64,000 nt of DNA from an uncultured Candidatus Entotheonella sp. (GTDB lineage Bacteria > Tectomicrobia > Entotheonellia > Entotheonellales > Entotheonellaceae), in the NCBI GenBank assembly GCA_965217185.1, contig OZ244252.1:1728001-1792000 (forward strand), given 5' to 3'. Every line of letters starts with the position of its first letter. Within the stretch, counting starts at the first letter, position 1. The position numbers were made by a program, and so were the translations under genes. Below are positions 10,358 through 19,817 of this stretch, piece by piece. Under the pieces are notes generated by a model. That model had not been told where the DNA came from and made no database searches. It saw only the letters and a list, made by a program, of their open reading frames with translations.

Positions 10358-11014
10358 ATGACGGGCACCGTGATGGTTATCGGGGCGAGTCGCGGCATCG
10401 GGCTGGAGTTGGCACGCCAATACGCCGCCGACGGCTGGCGCGTGCACGCCACGACTCGCACCCCGGACCGCCCGGGCGCCTTGGGCCAACTGGCCGGCGA
10501 CGTGGTGCTGCACGAGCTTGACGTGCGGCGGCCCGACCAGACCGCCGCCCTGGCCGCTGCCGTTGCCTCCGAAGGCATTGATCTTCTGATCCATAACGCC
10601 GGCGTCATGGACCGGGGCCTGAGCCTCGAAGAAGTCATGGCGATTAACGCCGAGGCACCGATCCGCGCAACCCAAACTCTGCTGGATGCAGTGCGACGCA
10701 GCCGTGAGAAGAAAATTGTTTTGATGACGAGCCAACTTGGGTCGCGTTACGGCAGCAAGCGCCGCCTCGGCACGTACGGCGAATCCAAGGCGGTGCTGAA
10801 CGACCGGTTCCGCGAACTGGCGCCGGCGTGGGGCGCCGAGGGCTTGATCGCCATCGTCATGCATCCCGGCTGGGTCCGCACCGATATGGGCGGGCGCGGT
10901 GCGACGCTTTCCGTGGAGGAAAGCGTCACCGGCATGCGGCGGGTGATTGCCTCCCTGACGGCAGTCGAGCACGGGTGCTTCTTGACTTGGGACGGGCGGG
11001 AACACGCTTGGTAA
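10358..11014 (+). CDS. Short-chain dehydrogenase/reductase (CsgA-like)
   Basis: GASRGIG, NAG, YGESK, MHPGWVRTDMGG. Confidence 0.9.
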   Translation: MTGTVMVIGASRGIGLELARQYAADGWRVHATTRTPDRPGALGQLAGDVVLHELDVRRPDQTAALAAAVASEGIDLLIHNAGVMDRGLSLEEVMAINAEAPIRATQTLLDAVRRSREKKIVLMTSQLGSRYGSKRRLGTYGESKAVLNDRFRELAPAWGAEGLIAIVMHPGWVRTDMGGRGATLSVEESVTGMRRVIASLTAVEHGCFLTWDGREHAW

Positions 11015-11030
11015 TCACATCACCTTAACC

Positions 11031-11107
11031 GTCACTCCGGCGCAAGCGGAGAGTTCACAGGTCTTTGCGGGAAAGGTCACTGGATTCCGGGTCAAGCCCG
11101 GAATGAC
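11031..11107. repeat. GTCATTCC-type REP-like palindromic element between convergent genes
   Basis: GTCACTCCGG...CTGGATTCCGGGTCAAGCCCGGAATGAC, with terminal IR and internal hairpins. Confidence 0.65.
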
Positions 11108-11131
11108 CGATTTGGGTGTGTAGTAGCAAGT

Positions 11132-12301
11132 TCAGAGCTTTGAGGTGTCAACGGGAAGGCCCATCCAGTGCCTTCCAATCAGTTCGTAAAGGCCGCGGCG
11201 GGCCTGGGTATGCTGGCTGATCACGTGGATGTCCTGGAAGGCGCGCTGGATGAAGTGGGCGCCGTAGATAGCGGTTGTCCCGGCGGCATTGTAAATGGTG
11301 TCGATCACCTGCACGGCTAAACGGATGGCGTGCGTCGTAGCGATGCGCAGGGCAGCCCGCTGATCCATGCTCATCGCCCCCGTGGTATTCACCTCGTCCC
11401 ACACGGTTCGCACCGTTTCGGTCAGCAGCCCGTGCCCGGCCCGCAGGTTGGCATCGGCGTGACCGACATCCGCCTGCACCATCGGCTGGTCGCGCAGCAG
11501 TCCCTCGGTGGCGCGCGGCGTTTTCGTTCCCGCCAATTCGATGAACACGGACAGGCAGGCACGCGCCAGGCCCAGCGCCACCGCAGCGTCGCCCGAGGCG
11601 AACATCAGGGTACGCGGGATTTGGTATAAGGGGCCGTTCTCAAGGATCGGGGCGGTGGCGGCGAGGACGCTTAACTCCTTGGGAACAAAGACATCCCGCA
11701 CGGCGAAATGGTGCGTCCCGGTGCCGCGCAAGCCGCGTACGTCCCAGGTGTCGAGCAATTCCACGTCGTCGGCCGGCACGAACAGGTAGCGCGTTTCCGG
11801 CTGGCCGCTTTCCAGTTGCCGGGGCTGGCCGTCCTCGACAATGAGGGCGTGCGGCGCCACCCAGGAGGCGTGCTTGCAACCGGTGCTGAATCCCTGGTTG
11901 CCGGTCACGCGGTACCCACCGGGTACCACGATTGCTTGCGCCGTCGGCGCCGGCGTGTTGGAAACGACGCTGCGCGGCGTGTCGATCCAGATCGAGCGCG
12001 CCACCTCACGGGGCATGCGGGCCGAAAAGGTCGCAAAGATGCCACCCTGGTTGATAACCCAGCCGGTGCTGGCGTCGGCCTTGCCGAGTTCTTCGATGAC
12101 CCGGATGTAGGTAGGCAGATCGAGTTCAGGGCACCCCAAGGCGCGCGGCAGGGCCATGTGGAACAGCCCGGCGTCCGCCAGCGCCTCGAAGAGCGGTCGC
12201 GGCAACTCCCTGTTGGCGTCGATCTCATCGGCGCAGGCGCGAATTTTAGGGGCCATTTCGCGGGCGGTGTCGAGCAACGAGCAAGCCTCTGTTTGCAGCA
12301 T
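11132..12301 (-). CDS. Acyl-CoA dehydrogenase-fold flavin-dependent monooxygenase (HsaA-like)
   Basis: ADASTGWV, GGYRVTG..FSTGC, DTWDV.GLRGTGT, QRAFQD. Confidence 0.85.
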   Translation of the reverse strand: MLQTEACSLLDTAREMAPKIRACADEIDANRELPRPLFEALADAGLFHMALPRALGCPELDLPTYIRVIEELGKADASTGWVINQGGIFATFSARMPREVARSIWIDTPRSVVSNTPAPTAQAIVVPGGYRVTGNQGFSTGCKHASWVAPHALIVEDGQPRQLESGQPETRYLFVPADDVELLDTWDVRGLRGTGTHHFAVRDVFVPKELSVLAATAPILENGPLYQIPRTLMFASGDAAVALGLARACLSVFIELAGTKTPRATEGLLRDQPMVQADVGHADANLRAGHGLLTETVRTVWDEVNTTGAMSMDQRAALRIATTHAIRLAVQVIDTIYNAAGTTAIYGAHFIQRAFQDIHVISQHTQARRGLYELIGRHWMGLPVDTSKL

Positions 12302-12467
12302 CAGAGTTGGCTTTCCATAATGGCGGGAAGCAATGGTTTCGCTCCCGGTCAACGGAGCGGATAAGAGATGGCCTCAGCCCTTTTGAGCGGCTGCGTATCA
12401 TAGCACATTCACGATTCCACAAGAGCCTGGGCCGTGGCGCCCAACTACACAACTACAGGAGACCACC

Positions 12468-13553
12468 ATGAACATCACTGACGTGCAAGCCCACGTATTG
12501 GCCATTCCCATGGCGCCCGGCAAACAGAAAATGCCTTGGACATGGGGGAATTTCAACCAGGTGATTATTTCCGTGCACACCGATGCGGGTCTGACGGGGT
12601 ACGGCGAGGCGTTCGGGTACGGCGTGCCGCAGGCCACCGCCTCGGTGGTGAGCGAGATTCTCAAGCCCATGCTCGTCGGCGCCGACGCCACCCAGATCAC
12701 CGCGCTGCAGGACCGCATGTTCCGCCACACCCACCTGTTCGGACGTTACGGTGTCACCAACTTTGCGATCAGCGGGGTGGACATTGCACTGTGGGACTTG
12801 GCCGGGAAGAGCGCCGGCTTGCCGTTGTACCGTCTGTTCGGCGGTGCCGAGGCCACCGACGTGCCGGCCTATGCCAGCCTGGTTCGCTATTCAGCGCCGG
12901 AGCACGTATCGGAGGCGGTGGCGCAGGCGCGGGATGAAGGCTATGACGCCATCAAATTGCACCAAGTGGACGTGGAAAGCGTGCACGTCGCGCGCGAGGC
13001 AGCGGGCGAGGACATTCTGCTGATGCTGGACGTCAATTGCTCCTGGGCGCCGGACGAGGCACTGGACATCGCGATGCAATGCATTCCCTACAATCTCTAT
13101 TGGTTGGAGGAGCCCATCTGGCCACCGGAGGATTTCGAGGCCCTCGCGCATCTCGGGCAGGCCAGCGAGACGCCGATCGCCACCGGCGAGAACGCCTGCA
13201 CGGTTTACCAGTTTCAGCACATGATGGAAACCGGCTGCGCATCCTTCGTGCAGCCGAGCGTCACGAAGGTGGGCGGCATCAGCGAGTGGCGCAAGGTGGC
13301 GGCGTTAGCGGAGGCCCGCAACATCCAGGTGGGGCCGCATTCGCCGTACTTCGGTCCCGGCCTGCTGGCCACCGCGCACTTGGTAGCGGCCACGCCGCAC
13401 GCGCCGTGGCTGGAGGTGCTGTACGCGCCGCAGGAAGCCAGCGTGTTCACCGAGGAGCCGCAAGTTGTGGACGGTATGTTTACCGTGCCCCAAGGACCGG
13501 GGCTGGGGCTGGAGATCGATCTGGAGGTGTTGTCGCGCTACCGCGTGGCGTGA
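12468..13553 (+). CDS. Mandelate racemase/muconate lactonizing enzyme family protein
   Basis: ISGVDIALWDL, KLH, DVN, WLEEP, IATGEN, PH, PGLG; AGGAG RBS. Confidence 0.9.
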   Translation: MNITDVQAHVLAIPMAPGKQKMPWTWGNFNQVIISVHTDAGLTGYGEAFGYGVPQATASVVSEILKPMLVGADATQITALQDRMFRHTHLFGRYGVTNFAISGVDIALWDLAGKSAGLPLYRLFGGAEATDVPAYASLVRYSAPEHVSEAVAQARDEGYDAIKLHQVDVESVHVAREAAGEDILLMLDVNCSWAPDEALDIAMQCIPYNLYWLEEPIWPPEDFEALAHLGQASETPIATGENACTVYQFQHMMETGCASFVQPSVTKVGGISEWRKVAALAEARNIQVGPHSPYFGPGLLATAHLVAATPHAPWLEVLYAPQEASVFTEEPQVVDGMFTVPQGPGLGLEIDLEVLSRYRVA

Positions 13554-13674
13554 TAGTGGATTGAGGGCAAAAGAAATCCGTTAGCCGACGAGTGGCAGCC
13601 TCCCCCTTGCACGGCTGCCTCGCCGGGAGCGCCGAAGCGTAGGTCCATAACGACCCGCACGACGATGAACTATA

Positions 13675-14963
13675 GGGCGCCTCGAAAAATGACTCACTGG
13701 CGGTCATAGCTGGCGTGAGTGGTCCTATCGCGTGATGTCGGTAGAGAATGAACGGCGGTTTGCGTGGATGATGTCGCTCCCCGACAAGAACCATGGCGCT
13801 TTCAATGAGGGCGTCCCACGCCCTGCTGCACCCTTTAGCGTGAATCCACCATCGCCAGACGTTGCAAGTGAACCAGGCGACGCCTGTTGTAGGCAAGGTT
13901 CTTGAGACCTATCCGCGCGCTCGCCCGTACAAGACCGATGCTGCGAATCAACGTCCCGCCCACGTCGTTTTGCTGCGCCCCGAAGACATGCTCTACCCGT
14001 GCTCGAAACCGTGAACGACTCTGGTTGCCCGCCTTCTCCCAATCACACAGCGGACGGTTGCGATAGCCCTTGCGATGAATCCGACTCGTCAAGCCCCCTT
14101 TCCTTGACCTTCTCCTCAATGGCTTTGGACCGGTAGGCGCTGTCCGCCCAGACGCCGCTTGCCGTGTTGTCCGACGTAAGCAGTTCATCAACCCCTTGGC
14201 TGTCGTGCACCGCCGCGTCCGTCACCCGGTAACGCCGGATCAGTTTGTGCCGACGGTCGATGCTGACGTGATTCTTGTAGCCATAGTGGCTCTTGCCGTG
14301 CTTCTTCGTCCAGCGCGCATCCGTATCCTTTTGCCGACGCTTGGCCGCCTTGTCGGCCCAGGCCTCGGGCATCTCACCGCGCTTGATCTGCTCATTGTCG
14401 TCACGACGATTGCGTTGAATGGGAACCGCGACAATCGAGGCATCGATGATCTGGCCGCCCATGGCCCGGTAGCCCTGGCTTTTCAGATAGCCGTCGAAAT
14501 CCTCAAACAAGGCCTCCATGAGGCCAGCCTGTGACAACTGCTCGCGGTAGAGCCACACCGTCTTGGCGTCGGGCACCTTGTCTTCAAGCGCCAGCCCCAG
14601 AAAGCGCACGAAGGACAGGCGGTCACGCATCTGATACTCGACCTGGTCATCCGACAGATTGCAGAGGGCGCACAGAATGATCGCTTTGAACATGACGATG
14701 GCGTCCCACGGCTTGCACCCCGCATTGGACTTACGCTTGTCGGCTGGCTTGCGCCAGACGTTTTCCAGGCGGCTGCGGAAGGCTTCCCAGGGAACGACGG
14801 CATTGATCTTCACCAGGGGGTCATGCTTGGCATCCAGAGCGGCGTAGCGATTCTCGACATCGAAAAAGCCCATCTGAGCCATGTTCAACTCCTCCGGCCT
14901 GTTGGTTAACGTGTCTCTGTAATTCTAAACCACGTGGGAAGATGAGTATTATTAGAGATGCCC
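13675..14963 (-). mobile_element. IS5-family insertion sequence, copy 2 (inverted relative to copy 1)
   Basis: Same IR family as copy 1. TATA is duplicated at 13671-13674 and 14964-14967. Confidence 0.92.
13835..14888 (-). pseudogene. IS5 transposase with frameshift
   Basis: Near-identical to copy 1 protein. An extra G in a G-run near 14095 shifts SRIHRKGYRNRPL into the 13835-14191 frame. Confidence 0.85.
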
Positions 14964-14970
14964 TATACAG

Positions 14971-16288
14971 CAATACATCGGACAGTTTTGACAAAGAGGT
15001 AGCCGCACGAGCCCTCCAATTCTAGAGTTGTGTTAGCCAACGCAACCGAGAATGGAGGTGCTCCGTGCGACTGCTTCAGAGTGTACTTGCGACCTTGCCC
15101 CAAACCAAGAAACCGCAACGAAAGTTCATTACCCATCTGCTGGGGCTTGTGCTGATGCTTCCCGGCCACGCCACGTTTCGTAATCTCAGCCGCTACAGTT
15201 CCTATCACGAACGTACGTTTGCGCGGTGGTATGGACGCCCGTTTGACTTTGTCGCACTCAACAAAGCAGCGATTACCCAGGTGATGGCGCCCGACCATCA
15301 GCAGGCCCTCGTTATCGATGCCAGCTTTATCCCCAAAAGCGGCACCCACACCTATGGCCTTGAACGCTTCTGGAACAGCCGCCAGCGGCGCAGTGAAAAA
15401 GGTCTGGAAGTCTCTGCTGTAGCCTGGCTCGACATCACCGACAGATGCGCCTATGGCCTCAGTGTCGAGCAGACACCCCCAAGCGACAAGACCTCGGAGC
15501 CGCAAGGCACACGCATCGATGCCTATCTGGAGCAATTGCAGCGTGTGGTCTGTGACCATCACCTGGGTCATCTACGCTATGTGATAGCGGATGGCTATTA
15601 CAGCAAGCGTAAATTCCTCGATGGGGTTCGCGCCCTGGGGATGCACCAGATTGGCAAACTGCGCCGTGACGCCAATCTGCGCTATCTCTACCAAGGACCG
15701 GGGCGCTCAGGACCGGGGCGACCCAAGACCTATGACGGTAAGGTCCAGTGGGACGACCTGTCACGCTTTGAACGGGTACAGGGCGAAGACGACGACGTGG
15801 TGCTCTACCATCAACTCCTCAACCACGTCCATCTTCGGCGCAATCTGCGTGTGGTGCTCGTCGTCGATACCCGCACCCAGCGGCGGGCGGTCCTGTTCAG
15901 CAGCGATACCGACTTGGATGCGCAGACGCTTTATCGTGGATACAAAGCACGCTTCCAAATCGAGTTTCTCTTCAGGGACGCCAAGCAATTTACGTCTCTG
16001 AGTGCCTGTCAAGCGCGCTCGCAAGCCAAGCTGCATTTTCATTTCAATGCCAGTATGAGTGCTCTGACCTTGGGCAAGCTGGAAGCACGACAGCAAGGCG
16101 GCGGTGCCCAGGCAGGGTTTTCCATGGCGAGTCTCAAACGGCGCGCCTTCAACCAACATCTGCTGGAGCGAATTTCTCGGCATTTAGCCCACGGGCATAG
16201 CCTGGAAAAATCCAGCCCCGATTACCAAGACCTTTGCAACTATGGCATCATCACTGACAGGGCGGCTTGAGGACTGTCCGAAGTATTG
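14971..16288 (+). mobile_element. IS4/IS701-like insertion sequence
   Basis: IRs CAATACATCGGACAG and CTGTCCGAAGTATTG match 14/15. No TSD evident. Confidence 0.85.
15065..16270 (+). CDS. DDE transposase (IS4/IS701 superfamily), apparently intact
   Basis: VIDASFIPKSG, IADGYYS, YKARFQIEFLFRDAKQ (YREK-like); GGAGG RBS before GTG. Confidence 0.88.
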   Translation: MRLLQSVLATLPQTKKPQRKFITHLLGLVLMLPGHATFRNLSRYSSYHERTFARWYGRPFDFVALNKAAITQVMAPDHQQALVIDASFIPKSGTHTYGLERFWNSRQRRSEKGLEVSAVAWLDITDRCAYGLSVEQTPPSDKTSEPQGTRIDAYLEQLQRVVCDHHLGHLRYVIADGYYSKRKFLDGVRALGMHQIGKLRRDANLRYLYQGPGRSGPGRPKTYDGKVQWDDLSRFERVQGEDDDVVLYHQLLNHVHLRRNLRVVLVVDTRTQRRAVLFSSDTDLDAQTLYRGYKARFQIEFLFRDAKQFTSLSACQARSQAKLHFHFNASMSALTLGKLEARQQGGGAQAGFSMASLKRRAFNQHLLERISRHLAHGHSLEKSSPDYQDLCNYGIITDRAA

Positions 16289-16380
16289 GTAAATGATACA
16301 TGCAGCAGGGCCGTTTTACGGCACTTCGATACGACGGCACGATGTTACGTTGAACCCACCTCTTACGGACACCTCAGCAG

Positions 16381-16952
16381 ATGACAGCAACCCTGATTGG
16401 CTACGCCCGCTGTTCCACGGACAAGCAGGACTTGACGGCACAGAGGCGGGCACTCGCCGAACTCGGCGTCGCATCGGATCTACATGGACAAGGGTCTGAC
16501 CGGCACAAACCGCGCCCGGCCTGGACCAGGTCATGGCCGCAGTGCGCAAGGGTGACACCCTGGTGGTGCCAAAGCTGGACCGCCTGGCGAGGTCGATTCC
16601 CGATGCCCGGCACATTGCCGATCAGCTGGAGGCCAAGGGGGTGAAGCTCGCCCTGGGCCGAAACATCCATGACCCCAGCGACCCGATGGGCAAGATGTTT
16701 TTCATCATTCTGGCCACCTTTGCGGAGTTCGAGGCCGACCTGATCCGGATGCGTACGCGCGAAGGCATAGCCATCGCCCGGGCCAAGGGCAAGTTGCGGG
16801 GCAAGCAGCCGAAGCTTTCCGAAAAGCAGCAACGAGAACTCTGCCGCATGCACGCCACCGGCGACTATTCCATCGGCGATCTGGCGGAAGTTTTCGCCGT
16901 ATCGAGACCCACCGTCTACCGGACGCTCAACCGCGTCGCCGCTTCCTCATGA
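16381..16952 (+). pseudogene. Serine resolvase/invertase with HTH, frameshifted
   Basis: IGYARCST, then YMDKGLTG in another frame, then GDTLVVPKLDRLARS..RTREG..HTH. Confidence 0.85.
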
Positions 16953-17138
16953 ATCGCCCCCTCGTAGGTGCCACGTAGCGCCAAAGGAAGCGTTCCATTT
17001 AACGTTGAAAGTCACAGTTTGCGGGTAGTCGGGATGCCTCGTTTAACGCCCCGTTAAACGAAACGGAAAGGCATGTGAAGGTCGAAGGGCACGGGCGTTC
17101 GAGATCCTGAAAAGGCGAGGACGACCAGGGGCCGGATG

Positions 17139-17474
17139 TCAGGTCAGGACCCGCAGAGCCGTTTCGGGCGCCTTGTCAAGAACCCGCAGCAGAGCCTTGG
17201 CAGCCCCCGTGGGACGGCGCTTGCCCTGCTCCCAGTTGCGGATCGTCTCGTGCGGCACGTCGATGCGCCGCGCGAACTCCACCTGCGTCAGTCCCAGGCG
17301 ACGGCGTACCCGGCGGGCAAAACGCGCCATGTCCCGCATCGCTTCGACGTCGTCCTGTTGTTGTTGAGAGGCAAGGTCCGCTTCGGTAGCACCGTCCAGC
17401 ACTGAATGATCGACCCTCCCCCTTGGCAGGCTTGCCGGATCACCCGGATCAACCCTGACTCGCGTGGTGCTCAT
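17139..17474 (-). CDS. XRE/HTH antitoxin
   Basis: LTQVEFARRIDVPHETIRNWEQGKRRP; overlaps the toxin 3' end. Confidence 0.85.
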   Translation of the reverse strand: MSTTRVRVDPGDPASLPRGRVDHSVLDGATEADLASQQQQDDVEAMRDMARFARRVRRRLGLTQVEFARRIDVPHETIRNWEQGKRRPTGAAKALLRVLDKAPETALRVLT

Positions 17475-17730
17475 ACTCTCGAATCTCCTTCCTGTTGGCC
17501 TTGCGAGCCGAAATAATGCGGATGGCCGAGCTGCGCATCGTGAAAATCAGCACGAAGACCCGGCCCTCTATGGCGCCGAGCAGCCGGTAACGGTCCTCGC
17601 CATAATCCCAGCGGCGGTCGCGGCTGACGACTCGGCTATCGTCGAAGAAGGCGCGGAGGGCGTAGGCGAAGTCGAAACCGCGATAGGTGAAACAGGCGTC
17701 GCTCTTGGCATCGTCCCACTCGAACTGCAT
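17449..17730 (-). CDS. brnT: BrnT family toxin
   Basis: MQFEWDDAK..GFDF..YGEDR..IRIISARKANRKE. Confidence 0.88.
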   Translation of the reverse strand: MQFEWDDAKSDACFTYRGFDFAYALRAFFDDSRVVSRDRRWDYGEDRYRLLGAIEGRVFVLIFTMRSSAIRIISARKANRKEIREYEHHASQG

Positions 17731-17736
17731 TGGCTG

Positions 17737-17765
17737 TTTGTAGGCCAATGGCCTACATTTGTCAA
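17737..17765 (-). promoter_or_regulatory. TA promoter with palindromic operator
   Basis: TTGACA-N17-TACAAA ends 6 nt before the ATG and overlaps TGTAGGCCA-N-TGGCCTACA (17739-17757). Confidence 0.65.
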
Positions 17766-17782
17766 TAAGGGAACGCGCCAAG

Positions 17783-18250
17783 ATGGCGCCGAATGTGGAG
17801 GGCTTTGCCGTGCTGCTTCTTACCCTGATCGTTGTCGCGTGCATGGCGAGCAGGCTGCTGCCGTTGGTCGAGGGCGCCGATACCACCATCATCGGCGGTG
17901 AGACGCGGGTGATCGACGGGGACACGCTGGAGGTGAAGGGCGAGCGCGTGCGCTTGCAGGGTATCGACGCCCCGGAGAAGGGTCAGTCGTGCGAGAGTGC
18001 CTCTGGCAAGCGGTACCCGTGCGGCCAAGAGGCGACCCGCGCCTTGCGAGAACGGATTGGCGAGAGCAAAGTGGCGTGCGTCATTGATGCCCAGCGCGAC
18101 CGCTATGGGCGAGCCTTGGGGGTGTGCTACTTGCGCGGCGGGGATCGGCGGTCGGTGGTGATGCGTACGGGTTCCAGTGCGGCTTGGGCATCTTACGCAT
18201 CGGTGTGTTGGTGGAATCCAGAACCCGAGGGAGCACAAAGACATGGCTAG
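17783..18250 (+). pseudogene. Thermonuclease (SNase) family protein, C-terminally truncated
   Basis: Hydrophobic N-terminus, VIDGDT, VRLQGIDAPE, DRYGR. Family-like sequence ends near 18135. Confidence 0.75.
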
Positions 18251-19199
18251 CGTGAATGGATACAGGCTCTTCACGGTGCTGATGGGCTTGCTGACGCTTC
18301 TGGCAGCGCCGACCCGCCAAGGGCTGGCCCAGGCCCTGGGGAAGCGACGGAACGACCGCCAGAGATGCAGCCCGGCCGGCATTTTCAGGATTGTCCGGGA
18401 TGCCCGCAGTTGGTCGTGGTACCCACAGGGTCGTTCATGATGGGATCGCTGCCTGGTGAGGCAGGGCGATTCAATAATGAAAGTCCGCAACAACGGGTGG
18501 CCCTCGGCCAGCCGTTTGCGGTGGGCGTGCACGAGGTGACGAGGGGCCAGTATTCGCGCTCCGCGCGGGAGACGGGCCACCCGCGTGGCGATGCCTGCTG
18601 GGCGTGGGATGCTGACCAAGAGAAAGCGATCGAACGCCCCGATCGCAATTGGCAGAATCCCGGCTTTGAGCAGACCGATCGGCACCCGGTGGTATGTGTT
18701 AACTGGGACGACGCGCAGGCGTACGTGCGGTGGCTGTCCGGAAAGACGGGGCATCGCTACCGGCTGCTGAGCGAATCGGAGTGGGAGTATGTGGCGCGCG
18801 GCGGGACCCACGGCGCGGTATTGGGGAGAGACGCAGGCAGACCAGTGCCGGCATGCCAATGGGGCGGATGCCAGGACGCCATTCAAATGGCGCGCCGACT
18901 GCGACGACGGCCAGGCTTGGACAGCCCCCGTAGGGAATTATACGGCCAACGGCTTTGGTCTGTACGACACCTTGGGCAACGTGTGGGAGTGGGTGCAGGA
19001 CTGTTGGAACAAGAGCTACGCTGGCGCCCCGAGTGATGGTCAGGCATGGGAGCGTGGAGAATGTGGGCGGCGCGTGGTGCGCGGTGGCTCCTGGATCTAC
19101 GGCACGCGGAGTCTGCGATCTGCCAGCCGCAGCAGGGAGGCCAGCCGATTCCGCTTCATCAACACCGGCTTTCGCGTCGCCCGCCCGCTTGACCCCTGA
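18243..19199 (+). pseudogene. Secreted formylglycine-generating-enzyme (FGE-sulfatase) domain protein with two frameshifts
   Basis: Signal peptide from 18243. FMMGS, HEVT, HPVVCVNWDDA, RLLSESEWEY, then NGFGLYDTLGNVWEWVQD, RGGSW, GFRVAR in another frame. Confidence 0.85.
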
Positions 19200-19286
19200 G
19201 CGGTTGCCGACCGATGTCTGCCGGTCTTACACGCTCCTCGCAGCATGCCGCCCAGAGGCGAGAGCTGATGGAGAGGATCGAAGCGC

Positions 19287-19692
19287 TGCAACGGGCGACC
19301 AGCTCATCGTCAGTGAGTTGTCGCGCTTGGGTCGAAGCCTCGGTCAGATCCTGCACGTCATTGATCGCCTGATCCACAAAGGCGTGCGCCTCGTATCGAT
19401 CAAGGAGGCCATTCGGTTCGAGGGCAAGCAGAATCTCCAGACCAAGGCGATGATCGTCCTGTTCGGGCTCTTTGCCGAGATCGAACGCGACCTGATCGTG
19501 GAGCGGGGCAAGTCGAGGCTCGACGGCAAGGAAGAGGACATCCGGACGTTTCGGCAAAAGGGGGACTCGAAGGCCTCCATCGCCCGCATCATGGAGGTCT
19601 CGCCGACCACCCTACGTCACTTTTCAGGAAGTGAAAACTTCAGGCCAGGACGGCTTCACCGCGGTGACGTGATGAGTAACAGTGTTCCTTAA
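19287..19692 (+). pseudogene. Serine recombinase remnant
   Basis: GDQLIVSELSRLGRS, FAEIERDLI, C-terminal HTH. Catalytic N-terminus absent; internal deletion. Confidence 0.78.
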
Positions 19693-19817
19693 CAACCAAA
19701 ATTGTTCCCTTACTATCGGATACCCTACTTCCTTGACAAAACTGCAACCCGTCGCCTGAACGGTGAGATTCATGGATCATTCCTCCCTGTAGCGGGTTTC
19801 AATCCGCTTGCGGTCTT

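Noticed and set aside
1385..14963. Composite transposon formed by the two IS5 copies
   Set aside because: Each copy has its own matching TSD and the outer flanks differ (TTTA versus TATA).
17449..17925. 158-aa extended BrnT
   Set aside because: The extension overlaps the divergent nuclease gene; family similarity and the promoter point to 17730.
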